A DNA stretch of 64,000 nt from an uncultured virus (IMG/VR IMGVR_UViG_3300031665_000001) (lineage: Duplodnaviria > Heunggongvirae > Uroviricota > Caudoviricetes): IMG/VR virus record IMGVR_UViG_3300031665_000001; one strand, written 5' to 3'. How positions within the stretch are numbered: the stretch's first letter is position 1; the number at the start of each line of letters is the position of its first letter. The notes beneath the pieces are model-generated. The model saw only the letters and a list, made by a program, of their open reading frames with translations, did no database searches and was not told where the DNA came from. Shown here in pieces: positions 60,805-64,000 of the stretch. The translations under genes were made by a program, and so were the position numbers.

Positions 60805-61080
60805 TTATATCTTATTTTTCTCAATGAAATCTTGAAATGTATTATGCATCAATATTTCAAATTCTTTTTGAGTTAATTCATATAATTTTATTGGTTTATA
60901 GTCTTGTTTACCAGATAATTTCTTTTTAACTTCAAATATGTTGAATATAATTTTTTCAGCAAATACCGAAACACCATAAGTATATTTAACATCTTTGTAT
61001 AAATAAGTAAAAAACCCTTGATCTTTAGTTATTTCAAATACTTTATCTTCTAATTTATTTAATAATTCTTGTTTATTCAT
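60805..61080 (-). CDS. hypothetical protein
   Basis: RBS AAAGGAG. Confidence 0.7.
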   Translation of the reverse strand: MNKQELLNKLEDKVFEITKDQGFFTYLYKDVKYTYGVSVFAEKIIFNIFEVKKKLSGKQDYKPIKLYELTQKEFEILMHNTFQDFIEKNKI

Positions 61081-61136
61081 TGCGAATCTCCTTTAATCTA
61101 TTGATTTTAAAAATCCTTCTATCTTAGTAATATTAA

Positions 61137-61448
61137 TCATATAGTTAGCTTTTTTAACTTTTCTATTGTTTGAACTTCTTGTTCTTCCTGTCTCTTTTGA
61201 ATTTTTTTATCTGTTGGAATTAAAGTTTCCAGATTATATCCTGACATATAATAACCTGCATAATACTTTTTGAGTAATTGATAAAATTCTTCTAGGAAAT
61301 CATCTGGAAATTTAGAATTTGAAAAATTTTCTCCCCATTTATTTAATACAAATTTATTACTTCCGTCTATTAAACCTGTATGTGATACAAAACTAATACA
61401 AAGTGAATATATTTCATCTTTCTCTATTTCTTTTATTACATCTGTCAT
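61137..61448 (-). CDS. hypothetical protein
   Basis: ATGA overlap with upstream gene. Confidence 0.65.
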   Translation of the reverse strand: MTDVIKEIEKDEIYSLCISFVSHTGLIDGSNKFVLNKWGENFSNSKFPDDFLEEFYQLLKKYYAGYYMSGYNLETLIPTDKKIQKRQEEQEVQTIEKLKKLTI

Positions 61449-61660
61449 CCTTCTTCACCCTTTATATTCATTGTTATATTAGTAACTAAACCATCACCCC
61501 AACCATCAAGGGTTATTTCTGGTTCTGGATAATACTTTCCATTTACATAGACATTAATAACCCTTTCTCTACCTGTAGCACCTCCATATTCATTACCTTC
61601 TAACAAGGTAATCAGCTCTTTAACTGTCATCTTCTTCACCATCACATTCTTTAAAATCAT
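61445..61660 (-). CDS. hypothetical protein (likely start MTVKELI)
   Basis: typical phage MTVKELI start; operon packing. Confidence 0.6.
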   Translation of the reverse strand: MILKNVMVKKMTVKELITLLEGNEYGGATGRERVINVYVNGKYYPEPEITLDGWGDGLVTNITMNIKGEEG

Positions 61661-61970
61661 TTATATTTACCTCTCCTAAAGATAACATGTTTACTATCAC
61701 TACAGCAATATTACTTGTACCTATTAAACCTATTGATAGTAGTCCTTGTTTTATATTCTTGAATAATTTTAATTTAGGGTTTTTCAATTCTTCTACAGAT
61801 AATTTCATTACCTCTTCACAAATGTTGAAATATTTTTCTGTAGTATTTATAGGTTCTTTAGTCCTATATGGAAATGGTACAAATTCACTTATTTTAGCCA
61901 TTTTTTTAACATCTATTAAATTTAAATAGAATATATAGTTATATTGTTTCATCTTTCGATTCCTCCTCAT
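61620..61970 (-). CDS. hypothetical protein
   Basis: GAGGAGG before MKQY. Confidence 0.65.
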   Translation of the reverse strand: MRRNRKMKQYNYIFYLNLIDVKKMAKISEFVPFPYRTKEPINTTEKYFNICEEVMKLSVEELKNPKLKLFKNIKQGLLSIGLIGTSNIAVVIVNMLSLGEVNINDFKECDGEEDDS

Positions 61971-62232
61971 TTTCTAAATCTATTATTGTTTTAATTTTTA
62001 AACCTTTAATTTGCTTATAAATACTACTAAAAAAAGTTATAAAACATTCTTGGCAAAATTTAATAGTACAAATATCTTTATATTCTAATTCAAAAAAATA
62101 TGCTTCGTCATGAAGATATAATTCATTACTACAGAAATTACATTTTTCTTTTCTTTTTTTCATACTCTTTTTTGCTTCTATTCCTGTAATATCTTTACCA
62201 CCTATAGAAAAAGACATTTTCTCAATACTCAT
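61939..62232 (-). CDS. zinc-finger protein
   Basis: CNFC...CQEC; RBS AAGGAGG. Confidence 0.65.
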   Translation of the reverse strand: MSIEKMSFSIGGKDITGIEAKKSMKKRKEKCNFCSNELYLHDEAYFFELEYKDICTIKFCQECFITFFSSIYKQIKGLKIKTIIDLENEEESKDETI

Positions 62233-62235
62233 TTT

Positions 62236-62664
62236 TTATACCTCCTTTAATATAGAATTTAAATATTCTTTAATATCTGGAATAGTCACAGGTTTAGAAC
62301 CTATTGTATAGATAATATATTTTCCATCTAGGTTTAATAGTTTTTCAACATCTTCTTTTATAAAAGGTACTATTAAACAATGGTATTTACCTATATCATA
62401 TTTTTTACATATCTTATTCATACTTGTAATGCTAGTTGCTTGTATTATAGGTAATTTTTTATCCATATCTTTATGATACTCCAAATATTGAATTATTATA
62501 TAATTTAGAGATATTTTTAAATCTTGTAACTTAATTCGAATCCTATTCTTACTTAGTTCTGGTAAATCGTCATATTCACCATAAGCCACCAGTGACAAAA
62601 TACCTAATAATTCATTATCATGTATATTTTTTAATCTAAACACATTCTCAGGAGTTAATTTCAA
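62236..62664 (-). CDS. hypothetical protein
   Basis: TTGA overlap; operon packing. Confidence 0.65.
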   Translation of the reverse strand: MKLTPENVFRLKNIHDNELLGILSLVAYGEYDDLPELSKNRIRIKLQDLKISLNYIIIQYLEYHKDMDKKLPIIQATSITSMNKICKKYDIGKYHCLIVPFIKEDVEKLLNLDGKYIIYTIGSKPVTIPDIKEYLNSILKEV

Positions 62665-62888
62665 AATTTTTCACCTACCTTACTATTATTTAATAAAAAT
62701 AAAAATCCTTTTTCAATTGTCTTAATATCAGCTTCACTTAATAATAAGTGATTGAAATTGATATTTAATTTCATTGAGATGCTATTATATATATTTTTAT
62801 AAACATTCAAATGTAGTGTATCAGCGTTACTATCTCTTATAAATAAATTAAAATCATTAAGTTTAATATGATAATCTTTTTTAATCAT
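62661..62888 (-). CDS. hypothetical protein
   Basis: ATGA overlap. Confidence 0.6.
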   Translation of the reverse strand: MIKKDYHIKLNDFNLFIRDSNADTLHLNVYKNIYNSISMKLNINFNHLLLSEADIKTIEKGFLFLLNNSKVGEKF

Positions 62889-63310
62889 TTTTTATCATCT
62901 AACTTATATATAAATTGTTTACCTGTTTCATCTAGTTCTGCATGACCTAATATATGATACGCTTTTGCAATATGTTTCAATCTTATAAAATACGTTTCTA
63001 TAGTATATGTATCTTCTGGTGTTATTTTTTCAGCATCAAAACTCTTTAAAGCTATATTTTTCATAGGTTTACAACATTGTATATCAATATAGTTTACTCT
63101 TAAATCTTTATATTTATCTTTGTATTTTTCAAATATCAAGAATTGTTTCATTTCATGTGTCTTATATTCATCTGTTAAATAGTCTATTCTAAAATCTAAT
63201 TTTTCTTTTGCCAATAGTTTATTTACCTCTATCAATATTCTTGAAATTTCACCTGGTTTAAATACGTCATTAAGTGACTTAAATGACTTAACTAATGATT
63301 TTTCATTCAT
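62885..63310 (-). CDS. hypothetical protein
   Basis: ATGA overlap. Confidence 0.65.
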   Translation of the reverse strand: MNEKSLVKSFKSLNDVFKPGEISRILIEVNKLLAKEKLDFRIDYLTDEYKTHEMKQFLIFEKYKDKYKDLRVNYIDIQCCKPMKNIALKSFDAEKITPEDTYTIETYFIRLKHIAKAYHILGHAELDETGKQFIYKLDDKK

Positions 63311-63675
63311 AATAATTTCCTCTTTCTGATCCAGGGTTCAAATGTATCAATTTGCTCTTTTAGACCTTCAAAAGAACCATTAAAACAAATTGCCCTATCA
63401 TCTATCGTCACAAATGCAGGTGGTTTTATATCTACTATATCATCAACTTTTATGTCATTTAAGAAAAGCCAGTCTCTTATGGCATACTTTCCCTCAGGAG
63501 TAGCACTTCTACTTGATACAATCACAACATTATAATTTTCTCTTAGTTCCTCAATAAACTTTTTAACTCCTTTTACTGGTGGATCTGGTATTTCAGTAAC
63601 ACCTTTCCATCCAGATGTATAACTATGAATTACTCCATCAAAATCCATAACTACTATTTTCTTAGGTTTATTCAT
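63307..63675 (-). CDS. HAD-family phosphatase
   Basis: DFDGV motif I, SSR motif II, K...IDDR motifs III/IV. Confidence 0.85.
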   Translation of the reverse strand: MNKPKKIVVMDFDGVIHSYTSGWKGVTEIPDPPVKGVKKFIEELRENYNVVIVSSRSATPEGKYAIRDWLFLNDIKVDDIVDIKPPAFVTIDDRAICFNGSFEGLKEQIDTFEPWIRKRKLL

Positions 63676-63977
63676 ACTATCTTTACCTCCTTAATTAAAT
63701 TAGTTACATCATCGAATTCTTTTCTATCAACATAATAAACACTTATATGCAATTCCCCACTGGCAAATACTTTTAATATCTTATGGCATACTGTAGAATC
63801 TTTATGGTTTATAATCGAATATAAGTCTACATTTTCAATTGTTAAATTAGACCATGTATAATCTGTATTTAAAATTTCCCACTCATTATAAATATCTTTG
63901 CCAATTCTATATCTTTTAGTCCTGGTCCTTTTTTGTGTATGCATTAGTCTATTTTGTAATTCAAACATAGTATACAT
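63672..63977 (-). CDS. hypothetical protein
   Basis: ATGA overlap with the HAD gene; start near window edge uncertain. Confidence 0.6.
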   Translation of the reverse strand: MYTMFELQNRLMHTQKRTRTKRYRIGKDIYNEWEILNTDYTWSNLTIENVDLYSIINHKDSTVCHKILKVFASGELHISVYYVDRKEFDDVTNLIKEVKIV

Positions 63978-64000
63978 TTCATCTATTTTTCGTATTTTTC

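Noticed and set aside
1..64000. Stop-codon reassignment
   Set aside because: Long genes are intact in the standard code and TAA, TAG and TGA all serve as stops; the lysin break is a frameshift

Overview
AT-rich tailed-phage genome segment (siphovirus-like; sigmaA-type promoters and AGGAG RBSs suggest a low-GC Firmicute host). No integrase or host genes are visible. Left to right: minus-strand P4/D5-type primase-helicase with small regulators and an iteron-rich element (110-3445); a minus-strand unit encoding a conserved 245-aa protein followed by one aberrant tRNA, two circularly permuted tRNA-like domains and a 16-nt antisense to its own RBS (5200-6780); a holin, a tRNA-Thr plus repeated structured-RNA cassette, and an endolysin broken by a 5-nt insertion (7270-9250); a full minus-strand morphogenesis module with Mu-like portal and protease, a -1 frameshifting tail chaperone and two paralogous receptor-binding proteins (9427-32315); a ~510-bp iteron palindrome between twin divergent promoters (33550-34610); a plus-strand array of small genes separated by conserved hairpin pairs after a ~430-nt structured leader (34610-42890); and minus-strand replication and accessory genes (family B polymerase, SSB, SNF2 helicase, resolvase, Acb2/Tad1-like sponge, HNH, two methyltransferases, RNA ligase, HAD phosphatase) with one plus-strand island. 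Best candidates for new biology: the protein plus permuted-tRNA locus, the early cassette array with conserved-loop terminators, and the kissing-loop RNA repeats behind tRNA-Thr. All family assignments come from recognising motifs by eye; no searches were run.
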